Source: Vicugna vicugna (lineage: Eukaryota). From it: 64,000 nt of DNA. Below are positions 1-12,510 of the stretch, piece by piece. Position 1 is the first letter of the stretch, and each line of letters begins with the position of its first letter. The stretch is from the NCBI GenBank assembly GCA_013265495.1, contig MU058423.1, positions 4,448,793-4,512,792 on the forward strand, in the 5' to 3' direction. The notes beneath the pieces were generated by a model. It saw only the letters and a list, made by a program, of their open reading frames with translations, was not told the DNA's origin and ran no database searches. The position numbers and the translations under genes are program-made.

Positions 1-1939
1 GCAAGCATTTTGCCTGAGGGTCCTCAAAAAAGAATACAATGTGATAAAATAACATTTTTTACAACATCCTCACCAAAGATACGAATAGAGAGAAAAAAAT
101 GTTTATGGAAAAGACACTTTAAATTCAAGACTTTGATGGATTATCTTGAGTACCGCTGGGAAAGGCATGGGATACACATGAAATGATATTTGTTTTAGTA
201 AAAAAGAACCTCGTTTTCTCACTTAGGATGTCACATAACCACATGTTTACAAACTCTACCAATTACACCCCTGTCATTTGTTCCATGTTAACACACTGAA
301 TTCAAACCAGGGAAACTCGGATGGGATTCCCAGGTTTGCTGCATATCTTTATGAACATGCTGAGAAACAAGAGACTGGAACATGCTGCCTGGTCCAGCAA
401 GCTGCTGAGCCTGAGCACCACAGAGCCTAGAAGCCACAGCATCACAACCAGGGTCACACTGGAAGGCTTGATTGTCCCATAATTCAGTTTTACCAAACTT
501 GTTAAACTCGGTGCTGTGGGAAACACTAAGGATCGTTCATGTGTGCAGCCAGGAAGGAACAATGTCTGAATAACCAGAAAGTAATATCCGTAGCTGCAGA
601 GCTACTGCAAAGCAGCATTATCATAAAGATCACAAATTAAAACCCCACTACCTGCTGATAATGCTCTTAAAAATTGTTTTGAAAGAGTGGAAAATATTTT
701 CGATGGTATTATAGTATGCATTTGACGTGGTGCCCGTTACATATTTATCATGATTTATAATGTTCGCCTCACTCTCATCTCTTAATTATATGTCATGTAT
801 TAGAGTGATGTGAAAATCTCTACTTGCTGACCACAGTGAGGGCACAGATGACCACTTGGGTATGTAAGTTAATACTGAAAGAACAAATGGGAAATTCTGA
901 TGAGCCTACTTTCAAGTGGAGAAATGACAATACATAGTAAGTAGTGCACTACGTCTGTGAGCCCTGGGGTCAAGAAGTTATTTCAGATGGCTCCCTGGCT
1001 GCTCTTCACAAATAATGTGTTATTTTGAATAATGCGTGGCACGTGGAGATCTTCACACTGTTGACAACTAACCACGAGTTATGATTCGTGGTACCATTGC
1101 AAACCAGTAAAGGGCAGCAACAGCCAATGGTTTTGTAACATAAACAACAAGGCCTGATAGTTATTTCAAGTCCTAAATAAAAATGATTACTTTTATATAA
1201 AGGCAGTTGTTGCAAATTAATTAATTATGCCAATAGTTCTGATAGGCTAGCTTTAAACAATACAATCTTAACACAGAAACAAAATTTATAGTTAACTTGA
1301 CCATTTGTCATTTCAGAATCAATTGGTTCTTACAGAATTTAGGAGCAGGAATTAAAGATTATTCGTTCTGCAGCTATTCTGGGAACACTTAAATGAAATA
1401 TTTTCTCACCCTCTACTCTGCCATCCAAAAATACATTATGGAACAGCCTCAGAATCCAAAGACTTTATTGATTTGAAGTTGAAAATAAAAGAGGAATCAC
1501 ATTCAATGGAATATCAATTGACAGAGTTCTAAATTCAATAAATTCTTTTTCCGATATCAGTTCAGTTCATGACTTGAACTAAGATTCTTTTGCCCTAGAT
1601 TAATAATGTGTACAAGAAAAGGGAAAAAATTCTTGCAACAAATTTCACACTTTGCCAGAGCTTTCTGATTAAATTAATTTGTCACCACAATATGTTAAAA
1701 GGTGGGGGGAGGAGAGGTGTTTATCCTAAGTGATTAAAATGGGTCAGGAGAGGGAAAGGAGGAGGAAGAGACAGCCCCATACTTGCAGCCACATCTCATT
1801 TTAGTTTTCTTTCACTGGTTATATCCATGATGGGAGGATTTTTAAAGGCCTTAAAATATTCCAGGATAGCCAATAGTGAACATGTTTAGATTTGGGGCTT
1901 TCTTACAGGGGACAGTATAATCTTTGGAGGCAGATGTAA

Positions 1940-2085
1940 TATGATCTCCAACTCTTCTACCTAAGAACTGTGTGATCTTGTTAAGTGACTTCACCCTTTC
2001 TGAACCCTATTTTTATGGATGAAATGGAGATGATACACAACTCATACAGTTACTACGAGGCTTAAGTTAAATGGCCTGTGCTGAT
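1940..2085 (+). mobile_element. MIR SINE fragment
   Basis: Degenerate MIR core (tgtgtgatcttg...aagtgacttcaccctttctgaacc...gaaatggagatgata); boundaries approximate. Confidence 0.65.
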
Positions 2086-2671
2086 AACAGTGTTATCTTT
2101 TAATATAAATATGTCAGGTAAATCAATTAAAAATATATATAACACTTGTTGCTTTGGATTGTTTAAAAACATGGAACGTTTGTAAGTTTACTATTTACAC
2201 TCATAACAGACATTTATAAAGTATAATAAGACACTATGTAAACCTTCAATAACTACTGATGCAAATTTATTATTGCATTTACTTATATATTATCATATCA
2301 AAATAAAAATCTGTGATAAGTACTTATTTCCTTCTTAAAAAGCATCACGTAACAAATTTTTAAAATAGTGATAATCTTATTTATTGAAAAATCTTTGTTC
2401 ATCTTTTCAACTTATTGGTTTTAACAGATGCCAGAGAAAAAAAGCACAGCTTATTTGTAAGGACTCACCAGGGTCATTTCTTTGCTCTAGGTCTGCCTCG
2501 CCTTGTCACATTTCTCTTTTCAGTGTGCACATCTGGGGTATGTCCTGCCTAGCAGTAAATGAGCATGTCCTATAACATTTGTGAAATTTTTACAACTTGA
2601 AATAGCCTCTGACAGAGTCATTTTCAAATTGCCCCATTAAGATCCACATCATGGATCGCAGATCGAGCTTC

Positions 2672-3021
2672 TGCAGTAGTTGTCCCCATGACTTGGTCTT
2701 CCTTTCCATCCTAGTAATAGAATTTTAGCTAAGGACATTCCCTAGCCTTGGCTACATGCTATGTAAAACTTCCAGGAAAATATCCCTAAAGGGAAGGAGT
2801 CTTCCCTTTTCTCCTTCGTTTTGGAATGCAGATGTGAAGGTAGGAGCTAGCATAACCATCCTGAACCCTGACACTGAAGACAGATGTTGAGGACTGCAGG
2901 CAAAAGATAAGTAGTCCTGGCTTCTTAATGTAACAGACCACTGTATGAGCCTTGGACTGTTATGCTTGATGGTTGTATGAGATTATTTTGGGTCTTGCTG
3001 CAACAGCCAAACTGTAATACA
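2672..3021 (+). mobile_element. Old MaLR LTR (MLT1J/K-like)
   Basis: Begins tgcagtagttgtc, internal ggaatgcagatgtga, ends ttgctgcaacagccaaactgtaataca, as in MLT1 consensus. Confidence 0.55.
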
Positions 3022-3669
3022 GCTTCTATGACATCAGGACAGAATCCACATAATTCACAGTGAAGCACAACAATCGCCGTTCACCTGAACTACACCAAAT
3101 CATATATCAATTATTGTACTTAAATTATTTTTTAAAATAAATAACAATTTGTTTAAAAATTTTTGATTGATTCTATTGTTTGGCTCTTCTAACCTACCTA
3201 GTAGTTTAAGTTGTACTCTTTTTCTTCAAATACTTACATTTTTTTCCTGCCTTGAGTTTCTTACTTTTTAAAGTTACATGTTTAGTTTCACATGATAAAG
3301 AATTAAGGGGAAACTAATGTTAAATCTTTCCATAGGGAATATATTCTAGGTCCTGACCAGTGGGTTGAAAAAAAAACTTTAACATCTTTCCTGTAAAATA
3401 TAAAAATATAATTACTAAATCCTTCCTACCATAGCCTCTCTCATCAGCCTGCTAGTTTGTCCTTCCCTAAGGAGGCGTCTTCTGGTTGGTACTGTAGCTG
3501 CGTGGTGGGTTATGGAACACAGTCTGAACAGCACATCTTTAAACCCAGTGGCCAGTCTCCCTGATTTGTGATCAGATTACTACAATCCCAACCACTCATA
3601 CTTACAGCTTCAGCTGAGCAGCTTTAGGCACTATGCGCTGAAGAGAGCAGTTCTGGGAGGCTGTGAGTG

Positions 3670-3830
3670 CAGTGAAACCAGTTTGAGCTTTGAAGTCAGA
3701 CATGCCCAGCTATAAATCCTGGGGTTGACACTTACTACTCCATTTCCCTGGGTTACTTCCTTGACTCCTCTTAGCCCACGTCTGTAAATGCGGGTAATGA
3801 CACCTATTTCACAGTCGGGTTCAAAACGGG
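3670..3830 (+). mobile_element. MIR SINE
   Basis: ctttgaagtcagac...aaatcctgg...cacttacta...tctgtaaatgcgggtaatgacacctatttcacag. Confidence 0.65.
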
Positions 3831-4349
3831 GTCCTTCCCACTAGGTGCTCAATAAATGTGAACCCCCTCCACCTGCGAGTGTTCTGACATAATGACCGTG
3901 TGAGCATGAACATTTGACCCCTGTTTCTTAGGGCATAAATTCAGTGTATTTACCCAAAGCTGGTGTGCAAGGATATCACTGGCCTTGCTCAGTAGCCACC
4001 TTTCTATGCTTGGAACATCTGCCTCCTTTTGAAGTTGGTTGGAGCTAATTAAAATGAAATCTGTAAGGGGAATGGAGAAAGAGCAACTCTGCACTTTCAG
4101 ATGAGGTAGAGATGTGCCCTTCCCTGCACTCCCCCCCGCCCCATACACACACCTTGTTATCTCTCGATGGATTTGAGACAAGTGGCCTTGGCTGTGTGGG
4201 CTTCTGAGACATGGGTGCCTTTGAGTAGATCAACCAGAGTTCAGCCAGCTAATTGAAGCTGGGACGCTGTAAAAGTGGGAGTCAGAGACCTGTATTATTT
4301 ATCACTGCCATTCAGCCACTGGCCAGGGTGTGACCAAGGCAAGGGAAGA

Positions 4350-4570
4350 GGGGCAAAGAACATATATTGAGTGCTTATATGTACCTTGTCATGTGCTAGA
4401 CACTTGGGGTCATTACTTAATTTCATCCTTAAAAGAGGTCTGTGAAGGAGGCATTCTTACACCCTTTCCAGGTGAAGACACCAAGGCTTCTCTGCTCTTA
4501 ATAACCTGCTCATAAATTATGGAGTCATGAATTGAATCCACCACTGTCTGGCCTCCAAGTCCTGCCTCTT
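4350..4570 (-). mobile_element. MIR SINE
   Basis: acatatattgagtgcttatatgtacc...ttgaatccaccactgtctggcctccaag, the reverse complement of MIR. Confidence 0.7.
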
Positions 4571-7199
4571 TGGCTAATAGAAGGTTGCCTTTGACCTAAC
4601 TGAGCCTCTCTTTCCTCTGCAAAATGCTGTGGGATGGATGCCATCTAAGTTTCCTGATACTTCCAAATCATGTAGTTCCATCCTCTTTACCCTAAATGCA
4701 GGAATATAAAACTTACTAACTTTTTTAAAGGCTTGTTAAGTCTCCCTCCAATAAATGTTCACACTATGTTTGACTCAGTACAGTTGGCATTTCTAAGTGT
4801 GGAAGACACAGAAGGAGTAAATACATATAATTGGGGGTAGGGAGTAAAGAATCAGGTACTTATCACTTTTTGTAGGCATCATTTTTCAGGAGACTGCTAT
4901 TTAAAATCTAAATACTCTTATCATTTTATTTTCTAAAATTCTGATTATACAACAGAACACAAACCAAACAATTCAGAATTCATGCTGTGTTGGAAGAGGA
5001 AAGGGATTCAACAAGTACAATTGAGCCCAACAGGAGACGCAGTTATAGACATGCTACAGCCGAAGGAGCCAGGAGCACAAAAGATTATGTTGAAAAGCCC
5101 CCACGTTATTAGCTTGACTCAATTTTAGTCTTCCTGGGTTGAGCAGTCACAGCAATATCTAACACTTAGCTTCCTTCATTTGTCACACACATTTTAAGTT
5201 TGAAGATGTGAGTGTCACACTAATTAAAAAGAAAAAAAAAAGAATTCCTTGCCTGGTTTGATAGAATGTTTTGTTTCTTTCCTCTATTGAGTAGCAAGGC
5301 CAGTTCTGGGGAGATTTTTTAGGGCTGTTCTGAAGTTCACTATAATACCCTTAGAGTGGCAAATTCAGTTTTATATTTGATGGATACATCTGCCTTAGTC
5401 ATTATCGGTAAGCTTCCTTCTGGGTCACCAAGAAATGTTGCATTTGGTTGGGATTTATTGTTTCTATTCATTGCTTTTTGTGTATCTATACGAACAATAG
5501 GAGGAGGCTACTCTTTTCTATCCTTTTATCATCATCAAGCCTGCGCTTTTGTGAAACACATTAGAATTTGCATTTTGCTTTAGTTCAGAGTGTAGAAATA
5601 TTGCAAGCTGCTGGGGATGGAAGGTATTTAAAAGAGAAGCCGAGCACATTTTCTCAATGATTCAATAAGCTGTAGAGGCAGATTCATGAAGAAATGGGCA
5701 TTCAGGTGAAATGACAGAGGTGCAGAGGTTACAGCTTCAGCAGGCACATGCTCTGTGAAAACGTAACCCAGTGCACTTCACCACAGTCTCCTTCACAGTA
5801 CAGTTGGTGATATACTCTAGCTGACTCAGTTTGCGGAACTTTTCTTCCACAGATGTAAAATTCGCTGTTTTGATTGGGCCTTCCAGGTTTTACTGCCACC
5901 CGAACATCCAGTGCCTTATGCATTGTGAACTTCAGGCAAGGAAAAATGACTCAACAGTCCCCAGGAAATGGAATCATGGGGCCCCTTACACCACCCCTCT
6001 TCCCCAAATGTTGCTATTAATCAAATATTAATCCCACACATATGTTTGGGGTGTGTATACGTACGAGGGCATAAATACTGCAGAATGACTCTAGGGCTAC
6101 GTGATTCACTGCAGCTTACTTCAGTTCTTCCTAGCCTACCTCCAAGTTTTGACCTAATTAAACACTTTTTAACACCTGGCGCTTAAAAAAGGACAGCTCT
6201 TTACAGACTGTGTGAACAAAAAGGAAAGGACAGAAAAAGGCGCCGACTGTTCTTCCCCTAACCTGCCATCCCCGCTTCCAGTAGGGGAGGCTCTCACAGC
6301 CCAGGAGTTCAGGTGTCTCCAGGTGGATTTGGAGGGCAAAACACGGGACATCAGTGATCTCTCTGGGATCTAACGTCGGTTCTGGGCTCCCAAATCCATT
6401 TGATTTGTTTGTTTGTTTGTTTAATGGTTAAAGTCAAGAGAGGTATACTTGGTTCTCAACATATGGCCTAAACCAGACAAACACACTCCACAGCAGCCCC
6501 AGCCCTGACTAGGGCTTCGTTTTCAACTGCAAAGAGCTGCTATTTTTGGCTAACTCTGTAACAAGAATATTGCAAAGTAGCGCATTTCTGGGACTGTGTT
6601 TCCTTCTCAGTGGATGAGTGAGGGTGGAGGGCTGTTATACAAGGGTGGATCCTAGTCAGGAGGGAGCAGCTGCCAGTCACATCTCCTGTGTTCAGATAAG
6701 GGTTCTGAAACCCAATTTCACCCTTCTTCACATCCCATGTCAAAACCACCAGCAAGGGGGAACACCCACAGTATCCTGCAGAGGGAAATTCCTACCACAC
6801 AGGCTGCTGCCTCTTTGCTCCTTCTCTTTAAAACCACTGTCGAATAATTGCACACCTAACTTTAAACCTATCCTGTTTTAAGTGTGACTGACACCCAGGC
6901 ATATCACTTGTTCGGTGGATCACATTATTACCCGGTCACCATGGTGCTTTAAAATGCACAAAGGAATTTTTATTTAACAATCACAACAATTGACAGAAGC
7001 TGTCAGGGTCAGACAGCTTGAATTTAACCTTGGCACCATCACTGTCTCACTGTGTGGCCTTGTTGCTTCTCTGTGCCAAAGTCACCTTTAATCTTCACAG
7101 CTACTGTGTGTGGTAACTACAACTTCTCTACCTCACAAATGTAGAAACAGGGTCAAAGGTGTTAGTAAATAACCTGGATTTGAATTTGATCCTCTGAAG

Positions 7200-7520
7200 G
7201 AAAATGTATTTCCATCTGTTTTACACCTCTACTATAATCACAACTGGCTCAGACGACCATCTTCACCCAACCACTGTAAAACCTATCAGTCTTCTGTATT
7301 CACACGTGCCCGAACTCCTCGCCTCCCACCAACTCATCCTCTCCACGGCAGCCAGGGTGATCTCCTCATAAACATCTCTAATCATAGGTCATATTCTGCT
7401 TACCACTTTTTTGGTGGCTTTCTAATGTTCCTGGGATGAAAACAGAATCTTAACATGACCTGCAAAGAAAGATATGATCTAGCACCAGCCTGCCTAGCCA
7501 GACTGATCTCAGAGCACCTT
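7200..7520 (+). mobile_element. L2 LINE fragment
   Basis: ctccacggcagccagggtgatct...cttaacatgacctgcaaag...tgatctagc, typical of the L2 3' region. Confidence 0.6.
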
Positions 7521-10407
7521 GCCTCTTGTCCTCCTTACTGAGTCAAGAAAGGTAAGATGTGTGGGTATCTTGCTGTCTGAACCACTTTCCAAGGATAAGG
7601 CCTGGTATAGAAGTTATTAGATACATTCAGCTCTCCTTGGGCACTTATCACACTGCCTTGATCCAGACCGTCTCCAACTAAAACGTGCACATATGCCCCA
7701 ACTGTTAAAAATAGGTCGCTTGGGACAAAGAATACATTTCCCCAAAGAGTCAGTGTTATAAAAATTAGTTAAGTTCCAGGATCATAAATGCCTGCTTTGC
7801 CTACAAGGGAGCTAAGCTATTCTGCTGAAAGCACTGTAGCTTCCCATTTGACAAAGTAACAATATTTAACATAGTAACAACAGCTAGGATTGACTTAACA
7901 CTTACAGCCTACCAGCTGATAACTTTTGCATTTGGCATATACAAGCTCCCTCAAAATTTATGAGGTTGTTACTGTTATAATCTTCATTGTATAGAAAAAG
8001 GAAATAAGGCACATAGCAGATTCAAACCAGGAAGACAGTCAAGCTGAGGTAAACTACAACCATAGCTTTTATTTTAAAAATCTTATTTGTATGCCTCTTA
8101 ATCACGGCTCTAACATTAGTAGGATAGCCGCTTAATTTGCAGCGTAGTTTTGAGGATGTTTTGCTCTCTATTTCATACTTTGAAAAGCAAAAAAAAAAAA
8201 AAATTATAATCATTTTCTAATTAATAATTCAATGCTTGCTTCTCAGCTTTTGAAAATTCTGTCATAATTTTGGGAATGAAACAGTTCCTGCTTTTAGCTG
8301 ATTTACATTTTGCCTCTGTCTATTCACACCTGTGTTAAGAGACCCACCATCTTGATTCGGTCACTAGTAATTTCTGCTCGTGGCTGACTGGGTTATAAAG
8401 CAGCTCACACACGGTCTAGTATCCAGTATCCATGCAGGGTCAGTTTCCTTACAGTAACCCCATGCAGGACATCCCAGTAACCCCAGGAAGGCCTAAAAAT
8501 AACAATCTTAAAGTACCTTGCAATTGTCTAGTTCCCTCTTCTACCAAATTGGGCTTGCTCCCTCCAGTGTGTGGGCTAAGTCTTTGTTTAGCTTTTTATT
8601 TTTTAAAGGCTTAAGCACATTCTGCATGTTTAAAAAGATCAGATCTCAAGTTATTAATATTTGAGCAACAGCAAAAAAATTAAGCTAAAATTCCAGACAG
8701 CATCACTGATTCATTTTCATCTATTGCCTTTGTTGTTTCACACTTTAGGGAATATTTGGCTGGGGTTTGTTTGATTTGGGAGAATTATTTGAAAAAGTGT
8801 TTTTATTGCCCACAATGATTTTCAATAATCGGTCAGCAAATGAAGGGATTTAAATACAAGTTTTACTGAAAGCCTAAAAATATTTTAGATTCAAAGGGAT
8901 GCCCTAATACAAAACTGCAAGGTTTGGCAAAACCTTAGTTTCTTAGTTGTGAATTAATGTAAATAAGATGGATAATTAAAAATTGCTTATGTATTTGATA
9001 TTCTCAACATAGACTGCAACCAGGGAACATGTCATCTATTTGTTTCATTCCGTCCTCTGCCCCACTTTTCCCACAACACTGGCTCTCTACCATCCTGGTG
9101 TACTTTGCTTCAACTGAGTATTGTAAATATGCCATAATACAAAAAAAGGTGTTATGTAACTTTAAAAAGAGTTAATATACACAAACATATGATATATGTG
9201 ATAAAAGGAATATTTAAGCATTTTCTTCAAGTCTTCAGAATGGGCTTAATGGACTAAGACATTTCAAAATATTAAAATGCTAATCAAGCAGTATGGCCCA
9301 GGAAACAACATGGGCTCCTGTTTAAGGCTGTGTCAACAATTAAGCATTTAGTCGTGGGGAAGATGGACATTGGCAGCTGAGAGCTGCAGAGTGCTCACTA
9401 CAAAGTCTATTCACCAACTGGCATAGAAGAATGTTAATATTCTAAGTAACCGAAACATCTATAGTGGTGTATACTGGCTTCTGAAAGCCCTGATCTCAGA
9501 GTGAGATCAGCTAGTAATATGCAGCCTAGGAAACCCTCCACTTTCCCGTTTTAAGATCCTATCTTTGCATTGCTGTCTGAGAGCCTCGTTCTACAACATC
9601 TGCAGCCGTGGCTTGTGAAGGAGAATATCCATTGAGCTGCTCACAACGCTGAAGGCTCTCTCACAGGTGCATCCTTACTGATCTGGTAAATGGAGCATCT
9701 CAGAACACAGGCACTGGGTGGGTTTGTGTAATATATCCACCCCTGTAGGCGCACTTCTTTGAGCCCTTGTTTCCTTCTTCTACCAATTGCCGTGGCAATT
9801 CTCACCTTTCTATTTCACTTTAACATGGGCCATTTCTTCCCCAAGCATGTTAGCATTTTTCCTAAGGGTCCTTACCAGGATGTTAAATCCTACATCCCAG
9901 GAAATGATCCCACTTCAGTACATTCTTCCTTGTTCAACTTTATATTCTGCTTCTCTTGATCCAGCACCTTGACATCTGTTTCCCAGCACATTCTCCTAGT
10001 TCCTTCGGGCACATAGTGACCAGGTCCTGTATCTCCACTGATAGTACTTTTCCTCCTTTAGCACTTAGACCCAGTACTTCCCTGGCCAGGTAATGCTTGC
10101 TTATGTGTGATTTTCACCTTAATTATTGTTCTGGGGGCCAGGGCAGATCTAGAGGGAGCATGTGTTGTCTTAAAATGTGCGCTTCTGCATCACCATCAAA
10201 CAGTGTGAGTGTGCTGTCCTCTGATGGAGAAAAGTGAGCAACTTCCGCAGACACCAAGAGTTCACTGGAAACTGAGGCTTTACATTTTTCAAATGCATCT
10301 GACATTTCAAGATCCCATTCTTTTCCAGTCAAGGCCCTAACTTTGACAGAGAAGACTTGCTTAGGTTGAGAATTCAGTTCAGCTTTCTTTGGAGCTCTGC
10401 TACTTTT

Positions 10408-10531
10408 TTGGGGGGAGGGGGCAGGTAGCTAGGTTTACTTATTTATTGACTTTTAGAGGAACTTCTGGAGAGTGAACCCAGGACCTGGTGGATGCTAAGC
10501 ATGCACTCTACCCTTGAGCTACACCCTCCCC
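10408..10531 (-). mobile_element. Camelid tRNA-Ala-derived SINE (Vic-1-like)
   Basis: Minus strand reads gggagggtgtagctcaagggtagagtgcatgcttagcat...gtcctgggttca; flanked by a TSD, gagctctgctactttt (10392-10407) and gagctctgatactttt (10534-10549). Confidence 0.85.
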
Positions 10532-10669
10532 TAGAGCTCTGATACTTTTAAAATTAAATTTGAGGCCTAGTTCTCAGCATTTTTTTGGTCATTCAGCTCC
10601 AAAAGATGAGAGTCTCTTTATATGCAGTCAAAGAGGACTTTTGGTGTTCATAGCTACCCACTAATAATG

Positions 10670-11530
10670 CTCAGTTTTTTACCACTGTTTCCAAAGCATC
10701 AGTTGCTCCCATCAATAACCAAATCATTCTATTGTCCTTATAATTAAAACAGTTAATATTTCTCAAACACCTGATCCTTTGCACTACTAGTGTATTTATT
10801 TCTCCCTTTATACCAACCCCATTTACCACCAGTAAGCATTTAAAAAATTTCACTCTTACCTTTTCCCAGGAGCTCCATCTACCATCAGTAATTGGGTCCT
10901 CATGGTCAGGGGACTGACAAGTGGTCAAGCTCCAACATCCCATCTTATGTCTGCAATCTCTGATCACTCCTGGTATTGACTATTGCCGGTTAGGTTCCTA
11001 AGAAGGCAAAATATGAAGTGAAGATCACCATGCAGGATAAAAATCTGTAGCAAAAGGAAAGCAAACATAACTGGGCAGAGGCAGAAGTTGGACTACAACG
11101 CAATGCAGTTTCAAGAAAGGCTTTGACTGACCCATGGGGAGTACTGAGACTGGGAGAGCCCTTGAGAGTTTTTCCACTTTGGGATAAAGGGGTAGAAAGA
11201 ACGGGAGTTTGTCACTGCAATTTTCATTAACACAAGCCAGTGGCTCTCAAACTTTAGCATACATCAGAATCAGAACCCAGGAGAGCTTAACAAATCAGAT
11301 TCTTGGGTCCCACTGCCAGAGTTTCTGATTAGGTCTGGGAGTGGCCCGAGAACTTGCATGTCTCCCAAGTGATGCTGATACTGCTGGTATGGAGATCATA
11401 CTCTGAGGCTCGTTGGTGTAGTTCATTTCCTGGAGGGGACTGGCAGCTGGCAGCACTCCCAACAGCCTGGAGCATAATTTCTCCAGTCCTGAAAGGGGGT
11501 CTGGGAAGCATGTCACAGACCCACTACCAG
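10670..11530 (-). mobile_element. ERV-L class provirus remnant: LTR33-like 5' LTR, primer-binding site and gag N-terminal fragment
   Basis: LTR at about 10983-11530; PBS-like aataccaggagtga (minus strand, 10964-10977) resembles the tRNA-Leu PBS TGGTACCAGGAGTG; ORF 10671-10967 ends YKDNRMIWLLMGATDALETVVKN, similar to the ERV-L gag N-terminus. Confidence 0.65.
11238..11418. mobile_element. MER5A hAT-Charlie MITE nested in the LTR33-like LTR
   Basis: cagtggctctcaaactttagcatacatcagaatca...gtgatgctgatactgctggt...catactctgag. Confidence 0.85.
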
Positions 11531-11659
11531 CATGGACTCAGGCGTCACGGGTGCAATCCTACAGACTCTACCACTTAACTAGATTCGTGACTTTGGGATT
11601 TAACCAACTTGTTTCGGCTTTGTTTCTGAAATGGGTGTAATGACACCTAAGCAGGGGGT

Positions 11660-12510
11660 GCTGCTCCCCTTTCCCCTAACTCAGTGACAGGCAGCACCAT
11701 TCAACCAAGTTGTTCAAATAAGCGTATTGAGAACCCTTCTGGATTTTCTCTCTTCCTCTTATCTAATCAGTATATTAAGACTTGGAAAATCTACCAGACC
11801 GATGTCTCTTGACTCATCCAATGCTTTTTAAGATCACTGTCGATGCCTTAGTTTAGGCCACAGTTACCTTTCGTCTCTGAGCTGGTCCATCTGCCACTAG
11901 TCTTCTTCCATTTCATCCTATAAAGCATCAAGAGTAATTTTCCTAAAGTAATCAGGTTCTGTCATGTTCAGTGGGTTTTAGTGGCTATGTCTTATTTTTG
12001 GGATAGAGTGTAATCATTCAAGCTTGGTTCTTCCTTCTAGAAGAACTCTGCTAACCTTTCCATTGCCACACATTGCCACTCATACCCTCATGATCTGTAC
12101 TAAGTCAGCTTAATTATTTGTAGCTTCTTGCAAAATTTATTTTTCACCTTTGCATATACTATTTTCTCTCTGTGGAATACCCTTCTCTTATCTCCCATCA
12201 TAGTTTCTCCCAACTCTAAAGCATCCTTCACTTCCTCTGGAAACCTTTTCTGACTCATCAAGGCTGGCTAGGTGCCCCTACTATGTGCTTTCCTGATGCC
12301 CTATGTTCTTCCTGATTTTACTGCAGTTAACTAGCTCTCTATTTTTCTGTTTCTTACTCTCCACCCTTCCACAAGGTGGAGACAGTGTTTGAAAACACTG
12401 TAATACTAAAACAAAAGGTACACAGTAGAACTCCCCATTTTCAAATTTTGGAGGGTTAACTCAGTAAGCTAGGTGCTTGCCACATAAACATTATTCAGTA
12501 AATGCTATTT
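11660..12510 (+). mobile_element. L2 LINE 3' region
   Basis: gcaccattcaaccaagttgttcaa...cacttcctctggaaaccttttctgact...attcagtaaatgctattt. Confidence 0.65.

Noticed and set aside
302..562. 86-aa minus-strand ORF in unique sequence
   Set aside because: No recognisable protein, no convincing splice sites, and the other frames I checked are closed
2469..2548. AT-hook-like peptide RRGRPRAKK on the minus strand
   Set aside because: Followed at once by a stop within a short frame; likely chance
3838..3851. CTCF-like motif ccactaggtgctc (similar ones at about 27749 and 42260)
   Set aside because: Partial matches only; cannot be supported without PWM scoring or conservation
10123..10332. 69-aa ORF with protein-like composition
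   Set aside because: No recognisable homology or exon boundaries
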